The notes under the pieces are model-generated. The model had not been told where the DNA came from. It worked only from the letters and a program-made list of their open reading frames with translations, and made no database searches. Positions 9,865-19,374 of a stretch of DNA of 64,000 nucleotides are shown here, piece by piece. Made by a program: the position numbers and the translations under genes. Origin of the DNA: an uncultured bacterium (lineage in GTDB: Bacteria; Verrucomicrobiota; Lentisphaeria; Victivallales; UBA1829); NCBI GenBank assembly GCA_900548385.1, contig URKJ01000002.1, positions 36,212-100,211 of the forward strand, given 5' to 3'. Position 1 is the stretch's first letter, and every line of letters starts with the position of its first letter.

Positions 9865-10763
9865 TGCTGATTCAAGTTCTCCGCAATGAAAACCGGGACA
9901 CGCTTGCCCCGCTCTGCTGCCACCGTTCCCTCGCCGAACTGGAAATGGCGGGAACCAATGTCAATGATGTCATTCTGACCCGCTGGGAGGGTGCGGTCGG
10001 CGATTTCGCCAGCACCGATATGCTCACGGCGACGATTGCGTTCTGGCCCTCGAAACAGCTGCTTTCCCAGCTCGCGGCACTTCCCGCGCCCTGGATCGTT
10101 GCCGATGCGGAAAACCAGCCGCTCGCATGGCGTTCCCCGACCGGAGCCCTGCCGGAAAATGCGGCACGGATCCCCGTGGATGAAGCCAGTTTCGCGATCC
10201 GCTATCCGTGGGATCTGCTGAAAGTACACGAAGAAGTGCTTTCGGAAATCAAGGAAAGCCGGATCGATGGGACTGTCCGCGAAGGCGCACACATCGACGG
10301 CATCCTGATTCTCGGTGAAGGCTCCGTTGTACTCCCCGGAGTCTACATGGAAGGTGTCACCGTAATCGGCAAAAACTGCAAGATCGGCCCGAACTGCTAT
10401 TTCCGCGGCAATACGTCGCTCGGCGACAACTGCCATGTCGGTCAGGCGGTCGAAGTCAAAAACTCCATGCTGATGAACAAAGTTTCCGCCGGACATCTCA
10501 GCTACATCGGCGACAGCATTGTCGGTTCTTTTACAAATTTCGGAGCGGGAACAATCACCTCGAACTTCCGCCACGACGGCAAGAACCACACCAGCAAAGT
10601 CTGCGGCAAACTGCTGGACACCGGACGGCGCAAATTCGGTTCGATCATCGGCGAAAACGTCCACACGGGCATTCACACCTCAATCTATCCCGGACGTAAA
10701 ATCTGGGCGGATCAGTGCACTCTTCCCGGCGACATCGTCAAGCACGACCTCACCGGACGCTGA
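9864..10763 (+). CDS. GlmU-like left-handed beta-helix (hexapeptide-repeat) acetyltransferase with a non-canonical N-terminal domain
   Basis: The C-terminal half is hexapeptide repeats (GILILGEGSVVLPGVYMEGVTVIGKNCKIGPNCYFRGNTSLGDNCHVGQAVEVKNS...), as in the GlmU acetyltransferase domain. The N-terminal ~130 aa lack the LxxGxGTRM nucleotidyltransferase loop. The start overlaps the glmM stop by 1 nt. Confidence 0.6.
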   Translation: MLIQVLRNENRDTLAPLCCHRSLAELEMAGTNVNDVILTRWEGAVGDFASTDMLTATIAFWPSKQLLSQLAALPAPWIVADAENQPLAWRSPTGALPENAARIPVDEASFAIRYPWDLLKVHEEVLSEIKESRIDGTVREGAHIDGILILGEGSVVLPGVYMEGVTVIGKNCKIGPNCYFRGNTSLGDNCHVGQAVEVKNSMLMNKVSAGHLSYIGDSIVGSFTNFGAGTITSNFRHDGKNHTSKVCGKLLDTGRRKFGSIIGENVHTGIHTSIYPGRKIWADQCTLPGDIVKHDLTGR

Positions 10764-10785
10764 TCCGGCTGTCAAACGCCATAAA

Positions 10786-10828
10786 AAAGCGCGGCGGACT
10801 CGAAAATCCGTCGCGCTTTCTGTTTTTC
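10786..10828. terminator. Bidirectional intrinsic terminator between convergent genes
   Basis: Hairpin AGCGCGGCGGA-ctcgaaaa-TCCGTCGCGCT (one mismatch), with an A-run before it and TTTCTGTTTTT after it. Confidence 0.6.
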
Positions 10829-10841
10829 CAACCGGACCGGC

Positions 10842-11756
10842 TTATGCGTTCCGGGAGAAGAAACGGATGGTCTGCTCCATGCCGTAGGCAAAATCGAACT
10901 TCGGACGGAAACCCGTCGATTTGAGTTTGTCGATTCCCGCCATGGAGTGTTTCACATCGCCGGGACGCTCCTCCAGATGCAGAACGCGGCTTCCGGAATG
11001 CGTCACCTCCATGATCTGCTTCACCAGATCATTGATCGTGATGCGGCCGCCGTAGGCAACGTTGTAAACGCCCGTGAAATCATGGGTCGCCATAAAGACA
11101 TTCGCCTCGACAATATCCTTGACATAAATAAAGTCGCGCGTCTGCTCGCCGTCTCCGAAAATCGTAATATCCTCATCGGCAACGGCTTTCGCGGTGAAAA
11201 TCGGAACTGCGGCGGCATAGGCGCTCTTCGGATCCTGACGGGGACCGAACACGTTGAAATAGCGCAGGCACGCGGTCTGGAGCTTTCCGGTCTGCGTGAA
11301 AATATTGCAGTAGTATTCCCCGTCCAGCTTCGTGATCGCGTAAGGGCTCTTCGGTTCAGGGATCATCGTTTCCACTTTCGGCACAACGGGGTTGTCGCCG
11401 TAAATCGCCGCACTGGTGCTGAAACAGAGCTTCTTCACACCGGCTTTCGCCGCCTCCTCAAGCACGATCAGCAGACCGTTGACATTGATGTCCACGCATT
11501 CCTGCATTTTGAACATGGATTCCGGAACGCTGATCATCGCTGCGAGATGGAACACATAATCGCATCCCTCCACGGCTTTCGCCACTGCGGCACGGTCGCG
11601 GATATCCCCCTCGATGAACTCCACGTCAAGCCCGTTCAGATTATGCCGGTATCCGGAACGCAGATTGTCCAGCACGCGGATCTCGGCTTTTCCGTTGAAA
11701 TACTCTGCGATATGACTGCCGATAAAACCGGCACCGCCTGTAATCAGGATTCTCAT
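10842..11756 (-). CDS. NAD-dependent sugar-nucleotide epimerase/dehydratase (UDP-hexose/HexNAc 4-epimerase family)
   Basis: MRILITGGAGFIGSHIAEYF Rossmann motif. S...YAITKLDGEYY catalytic pattern (SYK). 304 aa. Confidence 0.8.
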   Translation of the reverse strand: MRILITGGAGFIGSHIAEYFNGKAEIRVLDNLRSGYRHNLNGLDVEFIEGDIRDRAAVAKAVEGCDYVFHLAAMISVPESMFKMQECVDINVNGLLIVLEEAAKAGVKKLCFSTSAAIYGDNPVVPKVETMIPEPKSPYAITKLDGEYYCNIFTQTGKLQTACLRYFNVFGPRQDPKSAYAAAVPIFTAKAVADEDITIFGDGEQTRDFIYVKDIVEANVFMATHDFTGVYNVAYGGRITINDLVKQIMEVTHSGSRVLHLEERPGDVKHSMAGIDKLKSTGFRPKFDFAYGMEQTIRFFSRNA

Positions 11757-12850
11757 AAGTTGCCAACCTCTTTGACAAGTGCATTCATGCGGTCCATCTG
11801 CTGTTCGATGGATTCCACCAATGCGATCTGGGTTCGTGCACGGTCCAGATTATGGCCCGCGCGGTGTGTTTTGAAATAAGTGTCGCCGGAAAGATAATCG
11901 GTCAGAAAACGCGTTCCGATTTCCAGCGTGATCAGTTTGCCGCTGAACGGCAGGTACTCAAACTCCACGGGATTCAGAAACGCTCCGGCGGACGAACAAT
12001 ACCCGCGCAGCAGCGCTTCGAACATCGGAAAACGCATTGTGACTTTGCTCAGATCGCGCTCATCTTCGGCGGCGGGGCTCGTCCCCGTCCGTACCATGTC
12101 GCCGAAATCGTAGTGCACAAGTCCGGGCATGACGGTATCAAGGTCGATCACGCACTTGCCGAGCCCGGTCACGGAATCAATCAGCACATTGTTGAGCTTG
12201 GTATCGTTGTGCGTGATGCGTTCGGGAATCGCCCCCTCGCGGTTCAGACGGATCAGCGTCTCCGCCTCCCCCTTGCGGGAAAGAACGAATTCGATCTCCG
12301 GCTCCGCCGTTTTGACGCGTCCGCAGACATCGGCACGGACCGCCTCTTCCAGATCGGCAATCCGTTTCGGCGTATTGTGAAAATCAGGGATCGTTTCGAC
12401 AAGACGTCCCGGCAGATCGACCAGATCCGCCTGAAAACGTCCGAATGCACGCGCGGCTTCATACGCCTGTTCCCCGGCTCTGAGCACATCATAGCTTTTC
12501 GCGTGCTCAATGAACAGATAGACGCGCCAGTAACTGCCGTCTGCATCACGGAACCACGTTTTACCGTCAAGAGCGGACACAAGCGTCAGAGTACTGCGCG
12601 AATCCCCCGCCTTGGAACTCAGATGTTCGGTCACGCGCCGGATATTCTCCATCAGCTGGACCGGATCGCGGAATATGGAGGTGTTGATCCGCTGAAGAAT
12701 ATAGCGGATCCGGCTGCCCGCCTGGTCGAACGCCACGGCAAACGTATCGTTGATGTGCCCGCTGCCGTAAGGCTCCGCCGTAATGAAATCACCGGGAATC
12801 TGAAACGCGGAACACAGTTTCCGAATCTCATGCATCGTCTTCATCGTCAC
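11753..12850 (-). CDS. N-acetylhexosamine 1-kinase-like anomeric sugar kinase (APH/choline-kinase fold)
   Basis: EPYGSGHINDTFAV, ITHNDTKLNNVLID, IDLDTVMPGLVHYDFGDMVR and LPFSGKLITLEIGTRFLTDYLSGDTYF closely follow my recollection of Bifidobacterium NahK. 4-nt overlap with both neighbours. Confidence 0.75.
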   Translation of the reverse strand: MTMKTMHEIRKLCSAFQIPGDFITAEPYGSGHINDTFAVAFDQAGSRIRYILQRINTSIFRDPVQLMENIRRVTEHLSSKAGDSRSTLTLVSALDGKTWFRDADGSYWRVYLFIEHAKSYDVLRAGEQAYEAARAFGRFQADLVDLPGRLVETIPDFHNTPKRIADLEEAVRADVCGRVKTAEPEIEFVLSRKGEAETLIRLNREGAIPERITHNDTKLNNVLIDSVTGLGKCVIDLDTVMPGLVHYDFGDMVRTGTSPAAEDERDLSKVTMRFPMFEALLRGYCSSAGAFLNPVEFEYLPFSGKLITLEIGTRFLTDYLSGDTYFKTHRAGHNLDRARTQIALVESIEQQMDRMNALVKEVGNL

Positions 12851-13752
12851 ACCTGAAACAGTTTTTCGGGATATTTCCCGGCTTTTACCAGGGCATCCAG
12901 CCCGCTCTTCACCACCGGTTTGTCTTCCTGATAGGTAACGCCGAACCAGGAATCCTCCGACGTCAGCACCTGTACCGACGCCTTTCCCTGCCGGACGAGC
13001 GTATCCGCCACAAACGGAATATAGAACTCGCTCTTGAGTTCCGTTCCATGAGCTCCGAGAAACTCCGTAAACTGTGTTTCAAGCGCATCGAACAGGGATG
13101 CCTGAAATCCCCACATATTCATGGAAACGATCTCGTCACCGGTAAAAACAACCGTCTTTCCATCCTCAAGAGTGCTGACGATCTTTCCATCCTTCCGTTC
13201 GATCTTCGTATGTTCAACCACGGTCTTGAGCGTACCGTCCGGATTCCGTTCGCAGATCCCGCGGGAGACCGATCCGTTTTCCGAGAGCGTGTTTTTCAGG
13301 AAAAATCCACACATGCAGAACGCTTTCGGATCGCCGGATTCCAGCGCACCTGCCAGCTTGCGGAAACCGTCCGCACCATAAAAATCATCCGCATTGATGA
13401 CCGCAAACGGCCCCTTGACCAGATTGCGCGCGGCATAAACCGCCTGCCCGGTCCCCCACGGCTTCACACGCCCTTCCGGAACCGTGAATCCCGCCGGAAG
13501 ATCGTCCAGCGACTGAAACGCATACTGAACATCGGCAACCGCTTCATAACGCGAACCGATCACGCGCTTGAACTCCTCTTCAATATCGCGGCGGATAATA
13601 AAAACGATTTTCCGGAAACCCGCACGAACGGCGTCGAACACGGAATAATCCATCAGGGTTTCGCCGTGCGGACCGAGCGCATCAAGCTGTTTGAGTCCGC
13701 CGTAACGGCTGCCCATTCCGGCGGCAAGCAGAACCAGTGTTTTTTCCATCAT
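12847..13752 (-). CDS. Sugar-1-phosphate nucleotidyltransferase
   Basis: N-terminal LVLLAAGMGSRYGGLKQLD nucleotide-binding loop and a later KPWGTGQAV motif. 301 aa. Translationally coupled to the kinase gene. Confidence 0.75.
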   Translation of the reverse strand: MMEKTLVLLAAGMGSRYGGLKQLDALGPHGETLMDYSVFDAVRAGFRKIVFIIRRDIEEEFKRVIGSRYEAVADVQYAFQSLDDLPAGFTVPEGRVKPWGTGQAVYAARNLVKGPFAVINADDFYGADGFRKLAGALESGDPKAFCMCGFFLKNTLSENGSVSRGICERNPDGTLKTVVEHTKIERKDGKIVSTLEDGKTVVFTGDEIVSMNMWGFQASLFDALETQFTEFLGAHGTELKSEFYIPFVADTLVRQGKASVQVLTSEDSWFGVTYQEDKPVVKSGLDALVKAGKYPEKLFQV

Positions 13753-13766
13753 TTGACTCTCTCCTT

Positions 13767-14747
13767 TTATGTTGATTGACGTAAGATCAGATCACAGGAC
13801 ACGACTTCCGGCGGAAGATTCGTTTTGCCGTTCAGCTGACGTTCCAGAAGTTCCGCAGCAACCTTGCCGATCGTTCCCAGATGAAGCGAAACCGACGAAA
13901 GTGCAGGCGTGAAAAAACGCGAAACGGCAATATCATCGAATCCGATCACCGCCAGATCAGCAGGAATCCGGACGCCGCGGCCTTCCGCTTCTTTCAGCAG
14001 CCCCATCGCCATAATGTCCGTTGCGCAAAGTACGCAGTCCGCCTCCGGATAGTGAGCACGGATATAGTTCAGCGCATTGACGCCGAACCGGAAACCCGCT
14101 CCGCCGGGGATAACGGGAATCCGCTCCGTTCCGCCGAAGCCGCGTTTGAAGCCGCGGCGCTTGGCGGAGTCCAGATGTCCCGAAAGATAAACCGGATGAC
14201 GGCGTCCCGTTTCGCGAAAATATTTTCCCGCAAGGAAGGCTCCGTATTCATTATCATGCAGAACGGTATTATAATCAAAACCGGGAATTTTTCCGATCAG
14301 GACATAAGGCACGGAACAGCTTTCCGCCATTCCGGCAAGTTTCCCGGCACCCGGAGTTCCCGCGACCACAATGACACCGGCAACCGATCCGCTCAGCATC
14401 CGCGCCTTGGCGGAATCAATGATATGATCGTCGTTCTCATCGAACGGCGTCACGGTGAAAACATGCTCATTTCCAAGGTGACGTTTGATATTGACCGTGA
14501 TCTCCGATATGAAATAATCCGGTTCGCCGGTATAGATCTCCGGATAGAAAAAAACCAGTTCCGGAATATCATTTTCCGATTTCAGCTTGCGCGATCCGGC
14601 AAAGTAACCGTACTTCTGCGCACTGTTCAAAATCCGCTTCCGGGTCTCCAGGCTGATACGCCCGTTTCCGGTGAACGCACGGGAAACCGTGGCGATCGAC
14701 ACCCCCGTTTTCTCTGCAAACTCCTGAATCGTGATCCTGTTTCTCAC
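13767..14747 (-). CDS. LacI-family transcriptional regulator
   Basis: MRNRITIQEFAEKTGVSIATVSRAFTGNGRIS HTH followed by a periplasmic-binding-protein-like sensor domain. Confidence 0.9.
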   Translation of the reverse strand: MRNRITIQEFAEKTGVSIATVSRAFTGNGRISLETRKRILNSAQKYGYFAGSRKLKSENDIPELVFFYPEIYTGEPDYFISEITVNIKRHLGNEHVFTVTPFDENDDHIIDSAKARMLSGSVAGVIVVAGTPGAGKLAGMAESCSVPYVLIGKIPGFDYNTVLHDNEYGAFLAGKYFRETGRRHPVYLSGHLDSAKRRGFKRGFGGTERIPVIPGGAGFRFGVNALNYIRAHYPEADCVLCATDIMAMGLLKEAEGRGVRIPADLAVIGFDDIAVSRFFTPALSSVSLHLGTIGKVAAELLERQLNGKTNLPPEVVSCDLILRQST

Positions 14748-14776
14748 CTGTCTGATCCTTCTGTTTTCGCAAATAA

Positions 14777-14790
14777 TGTACCGTTGTACA
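14777..14790. promoter_or_regulatory. Candidate LacI-type operator
   Basis: Inverted repeat TGTAC-CGTT-GTACA, 30 nt upstream of the LacI-family gene start. Confidence 0.25.
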
Positions 14791-14893
14791 ATAAAAAATC
14801 AAGCGCAACAGAGAAAATTTGTTGCGAAAATATTTACACAAAGAAAAAAGGAAAATTCCCGGTACAGAATAATAAAGGAGATTGAAACAACGC

Positions 14894-15742
14894 CTATTTC
14901 TTCAGGCCTTTTTGCTCCAAAAGATCCAAACCGATCAACAGATCGGACGCCCGGCTCAAGGCACGATCCCCCGTCCGGGAAAGATCGTCCGCCTTTTTCA
15001 GAGAATCAACCGGAATGCGCAACGATGAAGCTACGCGGATTTGCGGGACAAGACGCTCATAGCGCACCGCTTCCGCCCCATCCGGCGGCACCGGGACCAG
15101 CCACTTGCGATTCGAAACAGTTACAATTTTGCGCGGGAACGGACACCCCGCAGTCGACGCACCGATCCCGATCCCGCGATGGGAAGCGATCAATAAAGCG
15201 GCGAGAATCTCTCCCGCCCCGTGCGTACCGGGTCCCAGCAGAATCGCAGTATGCAGCACGGAAGGCGCAAGCAGAGTCCGGAGCGACTCCGGGCAGACCG
15301 TCCAATCTCCGGCGGAACAGCCACGCAAATCCAGGATCAGCCCCGGCGACTGCGCCGCTTTCCGCACTGTTTGGAGCAGCTCGCCAAACGTCTTTTCATT
15401 CAGCGTATTGATCCGCAGATACCAGAGTCCGTTTTTCAAGCGGAATGCCGGAACATCCGGCTCCGCTTTTGCGGGAACGGACGCCGGCTTCGCTTCCGCT
15501 TCCGGCACAACTCCGCTGCGGAGCGACCCCATCACGGCGGAAAGCGCCCGCCCGGAATCTGCGGGTGACAGAGATTGCAGGAATGCCGGATATTCCCGCT
15601 CCAGCATTTCGGTCAGCTCCTGAAACTCCCGCTGAAAAGAGTCTTTGAACAGGAGCGGTTTCGCCGTTTCCGGTGCGGACGGCTCCTCCCCGGAAAGCGG
15701 GATCAGAAGTCCGAGCGCAAGCAGAACGGAAAACGGCTTCAT
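14894..15742 (-). CDS. Secreted S41 (C-terminal processing peptidase)-like protein, catalytic dyad apparently substituted
   Basis: Start chosen at the internal Met (MKPFSVLLALGLLIPLSG signal peptide), 5 nt after the purE stop. GLILDLRGCSAGD resembles the S41 IIDLRGNGGG block. The positions expected for the Ser and Lys read GTHGAGE and STAGCP. Confidence 0.5.
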   Translation of the reverse strand: MKPFSVLLALGLLIPLSGEEPSAPETAKPLLFKDSFQREFQELTEMLEREYPAFLQSLSPADSGRALSAVMGSLRSGVVPEAEAKPASVPAKAEPDVPAFRLKNGLWYLRINTLNEKTFGELLQTVRKAAQSPGLILDLRGCSAGDWTVCPESLRTLLAPSVLHTAILLGPGTHGAGEILAALLIASHRGIGIGASTAGCPFPRKIVTVSNRKWLVPVPPDGAEAVRYERLVPQIRVASSLRIPVDSLKKADDLSRTGDRALSRASDLLIGLDLLEQKGLKK

Positions 15743-15746
15743 CGAC

Positions 15747-16253
15747 TCAGCCCAGCTTTGCGAGTTCTTCCTGAAGAGACGCATCGGCCTCTTCGACCTT
15801 GCGGCTCTGTTCCTCTCGGAACGCCTTGAGTTTCTCGGCAAGTCCGGAATCGGAAAGCGCAAGCATGGAAATCGCAAGCAAAGCCGCGTTCTTCGCTCCG
15901 GCTTTTCCGGCGGTTACTGTCGCCACGGGAATCCCCGGCGGCATCTGAACCATTGCCAGAAGCGCATCGAAACCGTTAAACGGCTCGCAGGCCATCGGAA
16001 TGCCGATGACGGGGAGCGTGGTATGCGCGGCAATCACTCCGGCCAGGTGCGCCGCCATTCCAGCCGCGCAGATGATGACCTTGTACCCTTCCGCCTCCGC
16101 GTTTTTCGCAAAATCAGCCGCGGCGTCCGGTGTGCGGTGCGCGGACATCACGCGCGCAGTGAAACCGACATTGAAACTGTTCAGCGTGTCAAAAGCGCCT
16201 TTCAGGGAAATCAGGTCGCTTTTACTGCCCATGATTATGGCAATTTCCGGCAT
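15747..16253 (-). CDS. purE: 5-(carboxyamino)imidazole ribonucleotide mutase
   Basis: IAIIMGSKSDL...MSAHRTPD...IICAAGMAAHLAGVIAAHTTLPVIGIP. 168 aa. Confidence 0.95.
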   Translation of the reverse strand: MPEIAIIMGSKSDLISLKGAFDTLNSFNVGFTARVMSAHRTPDAAADFAKNAEAEGYKVIICAAGMAAHLAGVIAAHTTLPVIGIPMACEPFNGFDALLAMVQMPPGIPVATVTAGKAGAKNAALLAISMLALSDSGLAEKLKAFREEQSRKVEEADASLQEELAKLG

Positions 16254-16269
16254 GGGAACCTCCTCTTTG

Positions 16270-16300
16270 ATAAAAAAGACGCGCCGCCGAAGCGGCGCGC
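16270..16300 (-). terminator. Intrinsic terminator after rpoZ
   Basis: Reverse strand reads GGCGCGCCGC-TTCG-GCGGCGCGTC followed by TTTTTTAT. Confidence 0.6.
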
Positions 16301-16324
16301 CGTAATTGCTTCATCCGGAACGGA

Positions 16325-16618
16325 TCAGTCGTTGGCCGGATGATTGTTTCTCATCTTGATCTCGCCGTTTTCGCGCCTTGCGGCTTCCTTGACGGCGTTG
16401 ATCTCCTTCAGGAAATCGTCCGGAGAACCGTCGAAGTTGGCGGCGAGTTTTCCTTCCGCGATCTCCAGCAGAGCCACGTCGATGTGGTTCTCATCTTTGC
16501 AGCGCACCATCGGGCGCGCTCCGCAGGCAAGCTCGTTCGCTCTTCTGGAAGCCAGAAGAATCAGCGTTTTGGCATCCGGGACAACCTGCCGGGCCCGTTC
16601 CAGATAATCGTTGTTCAT
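16325..16618 (-). CDS. rpoZ: DNA-directed RNA polymerase subunit omega
   Basis: 97 aa. ...KTLILLASRRANELACGARPMV...NHIDVALLEIAEGKL fits the omega-subunit pattern. Confidence 0.75.
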   Translation of the reverse strand: MNNDYLERARQVVPDAKTLILLASRRANELACGARPMVRCKDENHIDVALLEIAEGKLAANFDGSPDDFLKEINAVKEAARRENGEIKMRNNHPAND

Positions 16619-16638
16619 GGTATCAGTTTCTCCTGAAA

Positions 16639-18330
16639 TCAGTAATCAATGACGTCACGGTGTCTGTCGATCGTCGACAGATCGCCGCTCATCACGATCT
16701 GATAGTTTCGTTCAAAGTCATGGACCGCATCAAGGATATAGCGTTCCGCCAGCGGAACACGTTTCGGATCCTTCTTCGCATCGCGGAGCATCAGCAGAGA
16801 GACGAACACGAACGTTTCATTCTCGACCAGATTTCTCGCGCGGAGGTCATGATAAGCGGAATCCTTTCTGTCCGCAACGAACTGGACAGCCGCTTTCTGT
16901 TTTTCAAACATCTCGTCGACCATCTTCAGCAGACGGCAGTCGAGTCCGTCACAGGACATGCCGAGCATTTTCGTGATAATCGGATCAAGGACGCGCTGCA
17001 TCACGCCGCCGATCGCCGCGACGACCTGAAGCTGAGTGGTGCCTTCGTAGATGTTGGTGATGCGGGCGTCACGGTAGTAGCGTTCCGCATCGAAATCGTG
17101 CATATATCCCGTTCCGCCGTGAATCTGAATGCAGTCGTAGGCGACCTGGTTCGCGATTTCCGTGGCAAGAGCCTTGCACATCGGAGTCAGCACGGCGGCG
17201 ACCTTCGAATAGAATTTCGCTTTCTCGGAACGCTCGTCAAGCGCGATATGCGAATACCGCAGATCGACCATCTTCGTGGTCTCGTAAAGCAGCGCGCGGG
17301 CGGCGGTGACTTTGATCTTCATCTTTGCGAGCATGTCGTAAATCGCGGGGAACTGGTCGATGCTCTGCTTGAACTGCACGCGTTCGGCGGCGTATTTTTT
17401 CGCTTCGCGGTAAGCGGCTTCGGCAATGCCGAGCGCCTGTCCGCTGATCGCCACGCGGGCGCCGTTCATCAGACTCATGACGTACTTCGTCAGACCGCGG
17501 CGTTCCTGTCCGCAGAGTTCCGCCGGAACGTTGTTGTACTGAAGTTCGGCGGTCGGCACGCCGTGAATACCGAGCTTGTGCTCGATACGGCGGACCTTGA
17601 GTTCCGGACAGGCTTCGCAGATGAACATGGAAAGTCCGCGTCCGTCAACCGTTCCCTCTTTGGAACGGGCAAGCACGAGATGAATCTTCGAGCAGCCGTT
17701 GGTGATGAAGCGCTTCATACCGTTGAGATACCACTTGCCGTCGGCACCCTGCGTCGCTTTGAGACGGACGGACTGGAGGTCGGAACCGGAATCCGGCTCG
17801 GTGAGGTCCATGGAACCGTCCGCTTCGCCGGAAGCGAAACGCGGAAGATATTTCTGACGCTGTTCCTCGGAACCGAACTCGCAGATCGTTTCCGCAATAT
17901 CCTGAAGACCGATCAGGTTCTGCAGGGAAGCGTCGGCGCGGGCGACCATTTCCGTCATCATCGTATAGATGGTAGTCGGGAAATTGAGTCCGCCGTACTG
18001 ACGCGGAAGCATGACGCCCATGACTCCGGCGTCCTTGAGATCCTTGAGATTCTTGTCGGTCAGCGGATGATACTTGACCACGCCGTCCTTGAAATACGGC
18101 CCCTCTTCGTCCACCTGCCGGGAACGGGGAGCGATGCGTTCGCCGGTGATCTCGCCGATCACTTCCATCACGCGTTTGTAGTTATCCATCGCATCTTCGT
18201 AATTCTCCGGTGCGAAATCGAACTGTTCCGCCTGCTTGTAATCGTTTTCACGAAGCGCGACGATCTCTTCCATTTCCAGATTCCGGAGCGTGAACATCAG
18301 ATCCGGATTGTCGGTAAAAAAGTTGGACAT
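16639..18330 (-). CDS. Acyl-CoA dehydrogenase (long, ~560-aa form)
   Basis: 563 aa. ACAD middle and C-terminal patterns: LTEPDSGSDLQS, KWYLNGMKRFITNG, IHGGTGYMHDFDAERYYRDARITNIYEGTTQLQ. Confidence 0.85.
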   Translation of the reverse strand: MSNFFTDNPDLMFTLRNLEMEEIVALRENDYKQAEQFDFAPENYEDAMDNYKRVMEVIGEITGERIAPRSRQVDEEGPYFKDGVVKYHPLTDKNLKDLKDAGVMGVMLPRQYGGLNFPTTIYTMMTEMVARADASLQNLIGLQDIAETICEFGSEEQRQKYLPRFASGEADGSMDLTEPDSGSDLQSVRLKATQGADGKWYLNGMKRFITNGCSKIHLVLARSKEGTVDGRGLSMFICEACPELKVRRIEHKLGIHGVPTAELQYNNVPAELCGQERRGLTKYVMSLMNGARVAISGQALGIAEAAYREAKKYAAERVQFKQSIDQFPAIYDMLAKMKIKVTAARALLYETTKMVDLRYSHIALDERSEKAKFYSKVAAVLTPMCKALATEIANQVAYDCIQIHGGTGYMHDFDAERYYRDARITNIYEGTTQLQVVAAIGGVMQRVLDPIITKMLGMSCDGLDCRLLKMVDEMFEKQKAAVQFVADRKDSAYHDLRARNLVENETFVFVSLLMLRDAKKDPKRVPLAERYILDAVHDFERNYQIVMSGDLSTIDRHRDVIDY

Positions 18331-18342
18331 TCTCTATTCTCC

Positions 18343-19374
18343 TCACGCTTTGGCTTTGTAGGCTTTGATCATCATCGGAATGACCTGATTGAGGTCTCCG
18401 ACAATACCGTAGTGCGCAACCGAGAAAATCGGCGCGGCGGGATCGGTGTTGATCGCGATGATCTTTTTACTTTCGCTCATTCCGGCGCAGTGCTGGACAG
18501 AGCCGCTGATGCCGCAGGCGATGTACAGCTTCGGACGGACCGTCACACCGGTCTGACCGATCTGATGATCATGGTCAATCCAGCCGGCGTCAACCGCCGC
18601 ACGGGATGCTCCGACTTCGCCGCCGAGCGCCTGTGCCAGTTCGTGAATCAGCTTGAAGTTTTCCTTGGAACCGACTCCGTAGCCGCCCGCCACAATGATC
18701 TGGGCGCCTTTCAGATTCACGGTTTTATCCTGACGGACACGCTCAATCACTTTGACGACCGTCTCTTCCTGCGTCAGAGCGACATCGACTTTGACGATCT
18801 CGCCGGTCGCATCCGCCTTGGGTTCCGCCATCTTCATGACGCCCTCGCGGACGGTCACCATCTGCGGATCGTCCCAGGTGTTGACAATGGTCGCAATGAT
18901 GTTTCCGCCGAATGCCGGACGGATCTGCATCAGTTTGTTTTTATAGAATTTCTTGTTGACTTTGTCGTCGAAATCGTCGATCCGCAGGTCGGTGCAGTCG
19001 GCGGTGAGTCCGGCGAGCTTCTCGGAAGCGATGCGCGGAGCGAGTTCGCGCCCCTTCATGGTCGCGCCGAACAGCAGGATGTTCGGTTTGTGTTCGCGGA
19101 TCAGGTCCATGATGACTTTGGCGAACGGCAGAACCGTAAACGGCTCCAGGCGCGGATCATCGGCGAGATAGACTTTTTTGCAGCCGTACTGGAACAGCGT
19201 GCCGCAGCAGCTTTCCACATTGGAGCCGAGCAGAACGGCTTCGACATCGACGCCGAGCGTGGAAGCCAGTTCCGCGCCCTTGCTGACGAGTTCTAGACTG
19301 ACGTCCGCAATCTTGCCGCCTTCCTGCTCAATAAAAACCCAGACATTTCCAATTTGTTCAGACATGATAATCAC
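18343..19374 (-). CDS. etfA: Electron transfer flavoprotein subunit alpha
   Basis: C-terminal FAD-binding block SRAAVDAGW...QIGQTGVTVRPKLYIACGISGSVQHCAGM. Confidence 0.9.
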   Translation of the reverse strand: MIIMSEQIGNVWVFIEQEGGKIADVSLELVSKGAELASTLGVDVEAVLLGSNVESCCGTLFQYGCKKVYLADDPRLEPFTVLPFAKVIMDLIREHKPNILLFGATMKGRELAPRIASEKLAGLTADCTDLRIDDFDDKVNKKFYKNKLMQIRPAFGGNIIATIVNTWDDPQMVTVREGVMKMAEPKADATGEIVKVDVALTQEETVVKVIERVRQDKTVNLKGAQIIVAGGYGVGSKENFKLIHELAQALGGEVGASRAAVDAGWIDHDHQIGQTGVTVRPKLYIACGISGSVQHCAGMSESKKIIAINTDPAAPIFSVAHYGIVGDLNQVIPMMIKAYKAKA

